From Mobula hypostoma (taxonomy: Eukaryota), in NCBI RefSeq assembly GCF_963921235.1, contig NC_086118.1, positions 23,128,001 through 23,192,000 of the forward strand: a stretch of DNA of 64,000 nucleotides, read 5' to 3'. The notes beneath the pieces were generated by a model. It did not search any database and was not told where the DNA came from. It saw only the letters and a list, made by a program, of their open reading frames with translations. A program made the translations under genes and the position numbers. The number at the start of each line of letters is the position of its first letter. Position 1 is the first letter of the stretch. This document shows, one piece after another, positions 1-12,044 of this stretch.

Positions 1-594
1 ATTGAGCAGGTCTTGACAAAATAGTGTATTGTAGGTAGGGCACGCTGAACCACACTGCATTAGTGGATGGGTAGATAACAGATGAGGGGGAAATAAGTGA
101 GCTGTTCTGTCTCAGATACAGTTAAGCTTCTTGAACATTGTTGGACTCATCCAGAAAATGGTGAGTATTCCATTGTATTCCTGACTTTCAGATGATGGAA
201 AAGGTTTGCACTTTTAGGAGACTGGGTCTAGAAACTGATGTAAGTAGAGACATGTTAAAGGGGCTGTGTGCCACTGGCCATTTAAGCATTCAAGTTTTTG
301 TTTGGGCTTATGGACCTGGGAACTGGTGGTCATTGTTATATTCCTGAAATTGATTTTTGCAATTTGTATGAAAATAGCAATGCCACCATATGCAAATGTA
401 TTTGTTTTTAGCATTGATCATTTTCATTTCATTTGCCTCTTCCTACGATATACTTGTTCACAGGTAGAATACCTACTGCTTTTGACAAAATGTTGTAAGG
501 AGATAAAATGAAAATAGCTGTTATTCTGTAATACCCATGTATGGAATGAAAGAAACATTATTAATATCAAATATTTTACTTATATATTTAGAGA

Positions 595-865
595 TTCTGG
601 CTCTTTTGTTGCTTCGAGCCACAACATGCAGCAATACACCGATTTAACCATAGACTAATCACGGGCCAATTTACAACGACCAATTAACCTACTAACACAT
701 ACGCCTTTGGACTGCGGGAGAAACCTGGAGCACCTAGATGAAGTCCATGCACACACGGGAAAGAACATGCAAACTTGCTTACAAAAGATGCCGGAATTGA
801 TCTCCAAACTCCGATGCCCGAGCTGTAATAGCGTTGTGCTAGCTACTCGTCTACTGTGGTGTCGT
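595..865 (-). mobile_element. tRNA-derived V-SINE-like element (degenerate)
   Basis: Reverse complement reads ...ttcccgtgtgtgcatggacttcatctaggtgctccaggtttctcccgcagtccaaagg...ggttaattggtcgttgtaaattggcc, resembling the vertebrate V-SINE central domain. Boundaries approximate. Confidence 0.6.
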
Positions 866-2179
866 CTTATTTCCGAAGCTGAATAATGTAGCAAGTAGTA
901 GAACTACATATTTTGAGAAACTTTCCCACTTCAACAGGGTCAAATTAATAGACGTATGGCTGAATGGGCTAAACCATTTACCTCAAATAAAGGCAGGCTT
1001 ACTAAATGTTTTCCTATCCAGGCTTGAAAAAAATGTCATTTAAACAAAGTTCTTATTGCAAATTGGTTGGAGAAATCGGAACAGAACTATTGAATTTTTA
1101 AATAAATATTTGAACAGTTAATTGAAGTAACAGGTAACCAGTATTTCCGATTACACCAGAGTTCACCCATTCATATCCCATGAACATTGCTGCAAAATAC
1201 ATTTTCATAAGGATAAGAAACCCTATATTGTAGAAACTCTCATGTGTTTGGCCCGTGGTGTATATGCTTGCAGGCAAAGGACATAAAAGCTAATAGTTGG
1301 TTTGCTTTACAACTTCAGTTTTCATGAATTTTAATAAGTTACAGCAGAATTTAAGTCTGTTTTTCCAACTAATAATTATTTGTGATGGGTATTTCTTCAA
1401 AGAGAAGCCCACTAAAAGCAAAACCTGAAGTTCAAAAATTTTAAAAAATGCCATGATTATTTCTTGTAGCACCTGCTGTTGGTTAGATTTGTTTGTTCAT
1501 ATTTAAGATCTTGTTGTATTAAGTGCAAAGTGATATTGTTGTTATCGGGAAATAAGCTTCTGGGTTCTGAGTAAGTCAGGGAAGCCCTGAACTATGCTGA
1601 CTGAATAATCATGAAATATATAGCTCAGGGAATGAGAAGCATGTGTATGTTAGAAATAGCAATTTTAATGTCAAATCATGCACAGAAAATTAAATCAGGA
1701 GGGATAGATAGTATGGATGAAAAGAAAGAAAAATATTCCTTCAAATTTTAGATTATTGCATTTTATAAAAATGTCAAAGAATCTTACCATAAGGAATAAG
1801 ATACTACACAACACTTAACATGTTCCAAGAAGGTTTATTGGTGGTAGTTAAATGTTGATACATGATGAAAAGACTGCTTAAACTTGAAATGACAAAGTTT
1901 AACTTTCTGTGCAGGTTTAGTTTGTTTTTACCGTGCAAAAGCAGCAAAAAAAAACCCAAAAATAAAACACATAAAAAGCTGAAAATACTAAGCAGGTTTG
2001 GCAGCATCTGCAAAGATTTTATAGCTATATGCACCAAAACATTATAGCTCCAAATATCTCAGATCACACTAACACAAATTATGACTGTATATACGGTAGG
2101 TCTCTTTCTTTGCCAATTATGCCAGTGGTAGTCTAATCTTACATTATAGTCCTTAGAATCTTAGATGATTATGATCTGA

Positions 2180-2682
2180 ACCAGTGTGCCTATACTCCTT
2201 CAAAAGGTAGTAATTTCAGCCCAGTACATCACAGATAAAGCCCTTTTAACCATTGAGCACGTCTACATGAGACACTGTCGTAGGAAAGCAGCATCTATCA
2301 TCAAAGATCCCCACCACTCAAGTCATGCTCTTTTCTCAGTGCTGCCATCAGGTAGAAGGTACAAGAGCCTCAGGAATTGCACCACCACGTTCAAGAACAG
2401 TTACTACCTCTCAACTGTCTTGAACAAAAGGGGATAACTACACTCATCAATTGAGATGTTCCTACAACCAATTTAAGAACTCTTTGTCTTGTTATTTCAT
2501 GCTCCTGTTATTTATTGCTATTTATTTATATTTGCATTTGCACAGTTTGTTGTCTTCTATGCTCTACTTGATCTTTCATTGATCCTGTTACAGTCTCTAT
2601 TATAGAAATTTCTTGAGTATGCCCGCAGGAAATAGAATCTCAGGGTTGCGTATGTACTCTGAAAGTAAAACTTACTTTGAAC
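2180..2682 (+). mobile_element. Rex1/Babar-type LINE 3' fragment
   Basis: ORF 2186-2437 (ASIIKDPHHSSHALFSVLPSGRRYKSLR...FKNSYY) matches the C-terminal motif of Rex1/Babar ORF2, followed by a 3' UTR ending in actttgaac. Confidence 0.75.
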
Positions 2683-3119
2683 GTTGGTTGACAAATAGTG
2701 ATCAACCTAATAGTCATAGTCATAGTCATACTTTATTGATCCCGAGGGAAATCGGTTTTCATTACAGTTGCACCATAAATAATTAAATAGTAATAAAACC
2801 ATAAATAATTAAACAGTAATATGTAAATAATACCAGAAAATAAGTCCAGGACCAGCTTATTGGCTCAGGGTCCATCTCATCTTCTGGCACCATGCCCTTT
2901 GTTCCATAGGTATCCACTCATCCAATATATACTGTATTTCAGTATTTTTAAGCACAATCAGGATTTCTGCCCCCATCACACTTACAGGCAGTGTGTTCTG
3001 TCTTCCTGGTACAAGAAAAATTTATCTTGTCACCTTATGATTTTTCCCACTGTCTTCCAACTCCTCTACTAAGGGAAACACATCCTTCCTATTTGTCATG
3101 TCTCTTACCATTACACATC

Positions 3120-3798
3120 CCTCCAACCTGATCGTCAACATCTCAGAGGATGCATCCTGGGCCCAAAACAGTAATGCAATCATGAAGAGAGCATTCCAGC
3201 AGATCCAGTTTATTAGGAGTTTGAGGAGATTTGGTATTACACCAAAGACTTCTGTAAATTACTAAGTTGCAGAGCGTTCTGTTTGCAACTCAGCCTGGTA
3301 TGGAGCCTCCAATGCACATGATCAAAAGAGGTTGTAGAGCAGGCGTTCCTAGCCTGGAGTCCATGGACCCCTTGCTTGATGGTATTGGTCCATGGCACAA
3401 AAAAGGTTGGGAACCCCTATTGTAGAGGGTTGCAGATTCAGCTGGTTCCAAACACAGGCACAACTCTGCACACCATAAAGGACCCCTCTAAGACTGGTGC
3501 ATCAAGAAGGCATCATCTATCATTAAGGGCCTACATCATCCAGGCCATACCTAGGAAGAAGATACAGGAGACATCCAATGTTTTAAGAACAGTTTCTTCC
3601 ACTCCACCATCAGTTTTCTGAATGGTCAACGAACCCATGAATACTACTTTACTATTCATCTTTTGCACTATTTATTTATTTTAGTAATTTGTAGGGATCT
3701 TTATATCTTGGATTGTACTGCTGCCATAAAACAACAGACTTCACAACATACATCAATGATAATAAACACGATTCTGAATTATTCTGATTCTGAATTCT
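3120..3798 (+). mobile_element. Rex1/Babar-type LINE 3' fragment interrupted by a MITE
   Basis: Degenerate RT C-terminal sequence (ttattaggagtttgaggagatttgg...), then aataaa and a (ttctga)n tail at ~3772-3798. Confidence 0.65.
3340..3419. mobile_element. 80-bp hAT (Charlie/Buster-type) MITE
   Basis: Imperfect TIRs caggcgttcctagcct / aggttgggaaccccta; 8-bp TSD ttgtagag at 3332-3339 and 3420-3427 with the central TA typical of Charlie/Buster targets. Confidence 0.8.
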
Positions 3799-5654
3799 GT
3801 TACCTTCGCCATGCAATCTCATCTTTCCTGTAATGTGACTAGAACAATATGTGAAACTTTAGCTGTGATCCAACTGGTTGTAGTGCAACCTCCATTCTCA
3901 AACATATTATGTCTTGGCTAAAAGAAAAAGCATCTTGTGTACCTTTATAACTGCCTTGTTAACCTTACACTATCTGTAAGAATCTGTGGACATTGATTAT
4001 TCTTCCATTCCTCTCAATTCCCATTGATTATATTTTCCCTGGTTTACCTAAATGTATTACCTCATACACAAAGTGCTCGAAGAACACAGCAGGTCAAGCA
4101 GCATCTTTAGAGAGGAATAAAGAGTCAACACTTCACGCCAAGATGATTCACCACTCCTGTTCCTCTGTATTTCCAATATCTGCAGAATATTTGTATTTAC
4201 TTATTACTTCATATCTTCTTTTTAACTGAATTTCATTTTGTCACTTTTCTACCCAACTTGGCAGACTTCTGGAAACTTTATTTTTTTCTATCAATCATTG
4301 TACCATCTTCAACTTCTTTACCTAGCTCCCTGCACTGAAACTTTAATCATTAATATTATCACAAGGAAAAACAAGGAACGAGAAAATCTGCAGATGCTGG
4401 AGATCCAAAGCAACACATACAAAATGCTGGAGGATCTCAGCAAGCCAGGAAAAATGCCGGAGGAACTTACCTGGTCTGCTGAGAACAAGGAACAAGTCCT
4501 GAGCCCAAAACAACAGGTAATAAGATTTCCACATAACAATACTGTTTAATGACTAACCTTTTCTTCCAGCCTTTGAATTGACAATGGATCCAATTTTCCA
4601 TTCTCTCCATGAACTTTATAGACAATCTACCATTTTGGTACTTCATCAAAAGACTTATTAAAATCCATATGGATTACATCAAATACAATGCCTTGAATCA
4701 CCCTCCTTCTCAAATAAGTTGTTAGTAGCAATGATATTCTACAAATATAGTCCTTCTGCTATCCAACTTACTAACATCACCCAACTATTCTCTCACCTCT
4801 TCCAACTCCTGGCCTCCACCCACCAGCGGAATACCTCCTCCCATACTTAAGCAATCGACATTCACCCACCACTGTTTCATAACACCAGGGATACTTCCTG
4901 ATTCCAACTTCACATGGACACATCCAATTGCCCAAAAATTACTTCTCAGAAAAGCCTTGAATAATTTTCAATTTTCATTAAATGCAGCCCAATCTCAATA
5001 GTTACTACAATTTGGTGGGTGGTGAGTGGATGGTGTATTCTGACACAAGGTTTGCTAAAGTTGTTACCTCATCAGTATAAATATCTTGATCCACATGGTT
5101 GGTTGGGGAAAAAGGCAGTTTAATAAGTATGGGGACAGAACACCTCCTTTTGAAAGGACAGAGCAGAGGAAGAATGGTGTCTTCGTAAAGTCAGTTTTGG
5201 CACCAAGCATGAGTTCATCTGGCATCTCAGAAATTTATCCATTGGGTAAATGAATACATCATAAGCCTCCTTCTCACTGTTATTGAACTAACAGCCAATG
5301 CTCAATATCTCCCAAATTTAGATGCAACAGATGAGGGGAAAGGGGCGTCATGCTTAGACCTTGAACACTCTCTGCGCTGAGACTTAATGGGAGACAGGCT
5401 GTTTCTGGTAATTTCATTGTCAAAATAAGAAGGGCCATAAATGTTTGGAAAGTTGTACTTAGCAAGGAAGGGAAAAGGAAACTCGCTCCATTGAGTTTGC
5501 TTCTGGATGAAATGTCTGAAGCATTATTTTGGCGCAACTTACAACCTGTTTTACAAGGTAACGCTCTTTTCGTCATCCTGCAAGAAAGAAATCTTTCAGA
5601 GGTTTCCTCTGTCCTCTTCATTTCTCTCTCTCTCTAGGTGTCCTTGTTCATCAG

Positions 5655-6350
5655 TCACTGAAAGTCAGCATGCAGGTACAGCAGGCAGTGAAGAAAGCTA
5701 ATGGCATGTTGGCCTTCATAACAAGGGGAATTGAGTATAGGAGCAAAGAGGTCCTTCTGCAGTTGTACAGGGCCCTGGTGAGACCACATCTGGAGTACTG
5801 TGTGCAGTTTTGGTCTCCAAATTTGAGGAAGGACTTTCTAGCTATTGAGGGGGTACAGCGTAGGTTCACAAGGTTAATTCCCGGGATGGTGGGACTGTCA
5901 TATGTTGAAAGATTGGAGCGACTGGGCTTGTATACACTGGAATTTAGAAGGATGAGAGTGGATCTGATTGAAACATATAAGATTATTAAGGGATTGGACA
6001 CGCTAGAGGCAGGAAACATGTTCCCGATGTTGGGGGAGTCCAGAACCAGAGGCCACAATTTAAGAATAAGGGGTAGACCATTTAGAACGGAGTTGAGGAA
6101 AAACTTTTTCACACAGAGGGTTGTGGATCTGTGGAATGCTCTGCCTCAGAAGGTAGTGAAGGCCAATTCTCTGGATTCTTTCAAGAAACAGTTAGATAGA
6201 GCTCTTAAAGATAGCGAAGTCAAGGGATATGGGGAGAAGGCAGGAACTGGATACTGATTGTGGATGATCAGCCATGATCACAGTGAATGGTGGTGCTGGC
6301 TCGAAGGGCTGAATGGCCTACTCCTGCACCTATTGTCTATTGTCTATTGT
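5655..6350 (+). mobile_element. CR1 LINE, 5'-truncated, relatively young (ORF2 RT C-terminus)
   Basis: Open ORF 5670-6257 (LYRALVRPHLEYCVQFWSP...TRGHNLRI...FFTQRVVDLWNALP), CR1 3' UTR and (ctattgt)n tail at ~6330-6350. Confidence 0.92.
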
Positions 6351-8754
6351 CTCTCTGCAACTTAAAAATGCCTGCTTTCCCACTTTTTCAGTCCTCGTAA
6401 TTTTGTAAAACCTTCTGATCAATTGGCAAGAAAGAAGAACCATGGTCAGTGCATATTCTAGGAAAATGCTCCCAGTAGCAAGGCTCTGACCATTATCTCT
6501 GGTGGGTGACCAGAACATCAACACTCATGATAAAACATTTCTTGGCTATCTACATTATACAGCAGGCATACTCTCCTCAAGTAGTTCATTGAGACTATAA
6601 TGCTATATGTTACTGATTAAATTCACTTCCAAAATTGCCTGTTGCAGTAACTGTTTTCTATCCCACATCTACTAAGTCCTAAAATTATCTGATTATTACC
6701 TGAAGAGCAGCCTGGAAGTGTGGCTTAGAGTTTCACTTTCAGCAGTGGAATTTAGATTAAAGTAATATTTTAATTCCGCAGTGAAAAGCTAGCATTAGAT
6801 GCTACCTGATTATTACAAGGGAAGAAAATCTGGCACCATTATCCACTCTAACATTGCTGATGTTGGCTGCCTTCTTAGTATGAGGGCAATACACAATGGA
6901 TAATAAATGGCAAGGAACATTCATATTCTGTCAATAAATATACAAAAAATGTTTAGATTGAAACTGTGCTTCAATTTTGACCCAAAATTTGTTTACTTCC
7001 ACAGAGGCTGCTCAACCGATTGAGTTCTTCCACTGTATCGTTTATCGCTCCAGATTCCAGCATCTGCAGTCTCTTCTGCCTTCTAGCCTTTTATGTTCAC
7101 TTTATTGGAATTTTTCTAACTGTATATGCCCAATCAACATACTACATACTGACTTAAGCTGCAGTGTAATGACTTAATTTAAAGAAATGGTAGATGGACA
7201 TGACTGTTATAAGGCAGTAACTGAATTATATTTCATGAACTTATATGTGGAAATGTTTTGTTTTATGTGCTACATGTGATATATGTTTTGTGGGTGTACC
7301 ATGGTCCAGAGGAACATTGTTTTGTTTGGTTGTATGCATATATACAATCAAATAGGAATAATTTGAACTTAAACTTTAAAGTTTCCAAACCTTACATATT
7401 TTAATAGTCAGTAATAGAACAAACAGTATTTGAAGCAATATTATTATTGTGCTCCTGTCAACATGATTTGGATCATTTATAAATGTTATATATTTATGAT
7501 GTTTCAAGGAGGGATTGAAACATCGCGGAACAAAAGCTTTTATTGTTAGTACTGTTCAAAATGTATATCTCTTTCATCAGTGCAGCTGCTCCTCTATATA
7601 TAAATTTCAACCAAAGTTTTTGGACTGAAACACAGTTCTTGGACACTATCAGAGCTTGTATTACTGCTATTATTATCTTTTATATTTTTTAAAGAAATTA
7701 CAAGCAACCCAGAGTGCTTTATGACTGACAACAAATGTAAAATAATGCTAAATTGTCATGTTATAGGCAGGAAGAAAACATACTTCTTTACCATTCAAAC
7801 AAGTAATTCAATTGAGGTTTGATGCCTTGCATTACTTTCCACTGCGTCCAGCCAGGCAAAGCTATATTAATTGCCTGAATGAACTATTAATGTATTTGAG
7901 GCTGAATTGGATCAGCAAGAACATGAAATATTGGAAAATGATGAATTATTGCATTGTGTTACAAATGATGCTCCCTGCAAGGTCTGCTTTATTGCCAAGT
8001 CACAAATTTCTTTTTTTAGTATCTCAATGCAATCTACTATTAAACAGTTGCTGTTGTTAAATAATGTCTGAGAGCATAGTTACAAATAATTGTAAATTAA
8101 ACCTGATTTTCTTTATATTGGAAGCTAAAAGCAATCACCAACTGCCTGATTTATTTTGTTTTTTTCTTTATCAATGGTTCTCAATGACAGGAAAATAGTT
8201 TTAATTAAAGTTACCAAAAAGACAACCTCTGTACATAACTTGCATGGAAGCTTTACATGAAGATAGTTTATTATCTTGTTGAATGAAAAAATACTCATAA
8301 TTATTTATTAGTCTGAGAGCAAAAAGCACAGTGACAGTGACACCAGTAGCTAATCTTTGCTAACTGCCCTAACCACTAAATTTGAAAGTATGTATCACGA
8401 ACATTAATGGTAGCAGGTAGGAAAAAAGGCCCGGTAATCAGTATCTCAAGCAGCTGACTGGTGGTGGTTATAGTAGATCTGGAGGAGGGTGGTTGGGGTT
8501 TAGCCGTCACAGAATCAGTGATCAGCTGAGGATCGGAGCATCGATGGCAATGTGCTCACCAATAAGTCTTCCTTCTCAAATCCTATTTCCTCCACATGTG
8601 TAAACGTTTCTGTGCTCTTAAGTCTAGATAGTTTAGAGTGCTCCACTAACTCGCATCTTCCTTTCATCATGACCATACTGTATTGTCGTTGTTACTTCAG
8701 AGATAATGTGGTACACAATAATTAAGCTGTAACAGCTGAACTGTTCCATGCACT

Positions 8755-9546
8755 GTCACTAGAGGATGAATACAGGGCCCTGGTGGAGGACTTTGTCAAA
8801 TGGTGCAAGCTGAATCATCTGCAGCTCAACATCAGTATGACAAAGGAGATGGTGATGGAAGACAAAGCCTGCACAACTCTCTGTTGCTATTGATGGTGAG
8901 GATGTGGATGTGGTGAGGACCTACAAGTACCTGGGGTGCACCTGGATGACAGACTTGAGTGGAGCACCAACACAGAGGCTGTGTACAAGAAGGGCTAGAG
9001 TCACCTCTACTTTCTGAGGAGACTGAGGTCCTGTGGAGTATGCAGTCCTCTCCTTCACATGTTCTACCAGTCTATTGTCACCAGTAAAATCTTCCACGTG
9101 GTGGTGTACTGGGGCAATGGCATCAACACAGGTGATGCCAACAGGCTCGATGAACTGATTAGACAGGTTGGCTCGATTATAGTCAAGCTGGACACACTGG
9201 AGGCTGTGGTAGAACAAAGGACCCATTGGAAAATCCTGGCAATTCTGGACAACGTTTCTTATCCTCTGTATGCCACCTTAGCTGAACAGAGGAGCACTTT
9301 GGGTAATTGACTAAGACAACAACACTGCTCCAAGGAGTGCTATATGAGGTCATTCTTATCCTCGGCTATTAGGCTCTATAATGAGTCAACCTATAGCTCC
9401 TCCTGTCAGACTGTTTGAAGTAACTTATTTTTTATTCTTTCTTATTTCTCTTCTAATATTTGTATATCTATGCACTTGTAATGCTACTGTGACACAGTAA
9501 TTTCCTTTGGAATCAATAAAGTACCTATCTATCTATCTATCTCTAT
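8755..9546 (+). mobile_element. Rex1/Babar-type LINE 3' fragment
   Basis: RT C-terminal remnants (YKYLGVHLDDRL; ORF 9059-9310) ending in aataaa and a (tatc)n tail; same family as 61500-62255. Confidence 0.8.
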
Positions 9547-10729
9547 CAAATGAACACTGCTCTTAGAGTAAGAGACAGAATCTGCTCCTGATGAATGATT
9601 GGTCCAGGATCATTGCAGGCGTAACTCATTGTGTCAGCTTCCTAGACAGCAAGGTTTTGTATTTGTTCTGCTCCTGATAACTGAGGAGATGACTACAATG
9701 CAGCAGCCGGTCAACAAAAACTGCTAAACAAGCATGTGGAGATGCTTGTAGATTGTCCAGACTGTCTGAACCCTGCATGGCATGTTGACGAACTTGGTTC
9801 CGATATTGCAAGTGGTTTTATATAGAGCTGGAACTCATTCCGTTCTCATTTTCAGCGGTCTACTGATGTAATTTGCTATATAATGTTCCACGTCTAAATT
9901 TTGGGAAGCCTTTGCTACATTCTGGCATAACCTGTGAAAGAGTAGTTCTCATCTGAACCATAAGACCATAAAGCAGACCTTAAGAGCCTGTTGTGGGCTA
10001 CACTTTGGTTAAGATGTGTTTGTGCAGCACACAGTTGGCCCTCTGCAATGAAGAATGAGTCTGTGCAGGAACAAGGATCTTATCTCCTGATCAGACTCAG
10101 CTTCCTGTGAATAGTCCATACTCTGAATAAGTGCATAAACATGGGTCAATTGCATGTGGCAGCAGTAATCATGCTGCAAAAGTACTACATCACCTCAGGG
10201 ATCTCTGTGTACTGTGGGCACGTGTGCCGAAGAGGATATCAGACACTGTTGAAGGTTTACTATGTTTGATACATGCCCAAGGTACCAGTTGCTTTGAAAA
10301 CTTGACTTAACATTGCAGTTCAATCACACAAGGTTTAAAATATGCTAGGAATTTGAATTTTAGACTGGAGTGTTCTTTGCTTTATTCTGTATTACTGTAT
10401 ATTAGTTTTATAATGCATAGGAAAAAACATATACACAGGACTTTGCTATTGCAACATATATCATCTGCATTCATTTCAAGCAGCCAGAAATAAAATTCCA
10501 TAATAACAGCTGAAAGGTCTAGGTGGGAACACAGACAGGTAAATGGATTCAATCCAACCTGTTGTCACATAATATGCCAGTAAAAAAGTCGATGGAAATA
10601 GCAGCTGTCTCTGTCTAAACTGAAAATTACACAATGATTTTTTAAAATAATTTAAGGTTATTAACTAAATAAAGGCTCTTTGAAGTGTATTTTTCCTCCC
10701 AAAGTAAATCAGGGTATTATTTCATTCTC

Positions 10730-10925
10730 CCTCCCCACCCAACTTCATCAATCACCTTCTAACTTGTCCTCCTTCCCCTTTTGCCACCTTCTTATTCTGG
10801 CATCTCCCCACTTTCTTTCCAATCCTGATGAAGGGCCTCGGCCTGAAACATTGACTGTTTATTCATTTCCATAGATTCTGCCTCATCTGCTGAGTGAGTT
10901 CCTCCAGCATTTTGTGTGTTTTGCT
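10730..10925 (+). mobile_element. Old Penelope-like 3'/pLTR remnant with decayed hammerhead motif
   Basis: cctgatgaagggcctcggcctgaaacattgactg at 10824-10857 followed by ...ctgctgagt...cctccagcattttgtgtgt, homologous to the younger copies. Confidence 0.6.
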
Positions 10926-11669
10926 CTAAAACACATGACTACCAAATTTTAAGATAACTGCCTAACAATATTTAAGCTTTCTTTATACCCTGTGTGTTAT
11001 CATGATAGCCACTGGATTTTATCACAGACTTTAGCTTTTATCATCTTCAGCCATTAATCTTGCATTTGTTCCTCAAGAGAACAGATACAGCTTCAATCAT
11101 TTATAATTAAAAATACTGGAAGTTGTGATTACGAAATGAATTTTAGGAGCTTGTCAATTTATTCTTTGCGGTTATGCCTTGAGTTTACTCATCAGATTTT
11201 ATTCCAATGCTTCTGCTCCTGTACTTAAAGCAAAAGCTGAACCTCAGAATATGAGTGTTCTGATATTTTAACCATTGGGATTATCTGGGGCCTGAGTAGA
11301 CATCAAGACAGCATTGTGGTTTTCAATTTAATTTGTAAACATCAGTAGTTTAAAGTCAGATGTGAAGAATACAATTATATATAATTGACTGTTAAACTGG
11401 CTTCTGCACATTGCAGACTTCTATCAAAAATATCACAATACAATTGAACGCTTATGTCACCTGATCTCATAGTTCCACAATAGAGACAAAGCAATATCAT
11501 TCTTCAGTCTGTTCACTGATATTTTCCATTAATTTTCTCAGAGGAACACACTCTTTATGAAGTAATCATTTCGAAGCTGGTTGGCTGCCGATGACAAGTG
11601 GTGTTCTGCAGGGGTCGGAATTAGGATTGTTTGTTTTCACTTTATATGTCAATGATTTGGATGACAGAA

Positions 11670-11829
11670 TTTGGATGATGATTTGGATTTCAGTTAGTCC
11701 TGACGAAGGGTCTCGGCCTGAAATGTCGACTGCACCTCTTCCTAGAGATGCTGCCTGGCCTGCTGCGTTCACCAGCAACTTTAATGTGTGTTGCTTGAAT
11801 TTCCAGCATCTGCAGAATTCCTGTTGTTT
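11670..11829 (+). mobile_element. ~140-bp Penelope-derived insertion consisting of the hammerhead motif plus 3' tail
   Basis: tcagttagtcctgacgaagggtctcggcctgaaatgtcgactg...gcagaattcctgttgttt, flanked by tttggatgacagaa at 11656-11669 and 11827-11840. Confidence 0.85.
11691..11732 (+). ncRNA. Minimal type I hammerhead ribozyme motif (helix III loop ATGT variant)
   Basis: agtc-CTGACGA-agggtctcggcct-GAAA-tg-TC-gact; stem I agtc/gact. Confidence 0.6.
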
Positions 11830-12044
11830 GGATGACAGAACTGATGGCTTTGTGGCCATCAATAGGTAGAGGGGCCGTTAGTATTGAAAAAGCAGGGAGT
11901 CAGCAGAAGATTTGTACAGATTGGGAGAGTACACATATAAGTAGGGTCATGCACTTTGGTAGAAGGAGTAAGGGTGGAGATTATTTTCTAAATGGAGAGA
12001 AAACTCAAAAGTCAGAGGTGCAAAAGGACTTGGGATTCCCTGTA

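Noticed and set aside
5651..6112. 153-aa minus-strand ORF
   Set aside because: Antisense shadow of the CR1 RT ORF.
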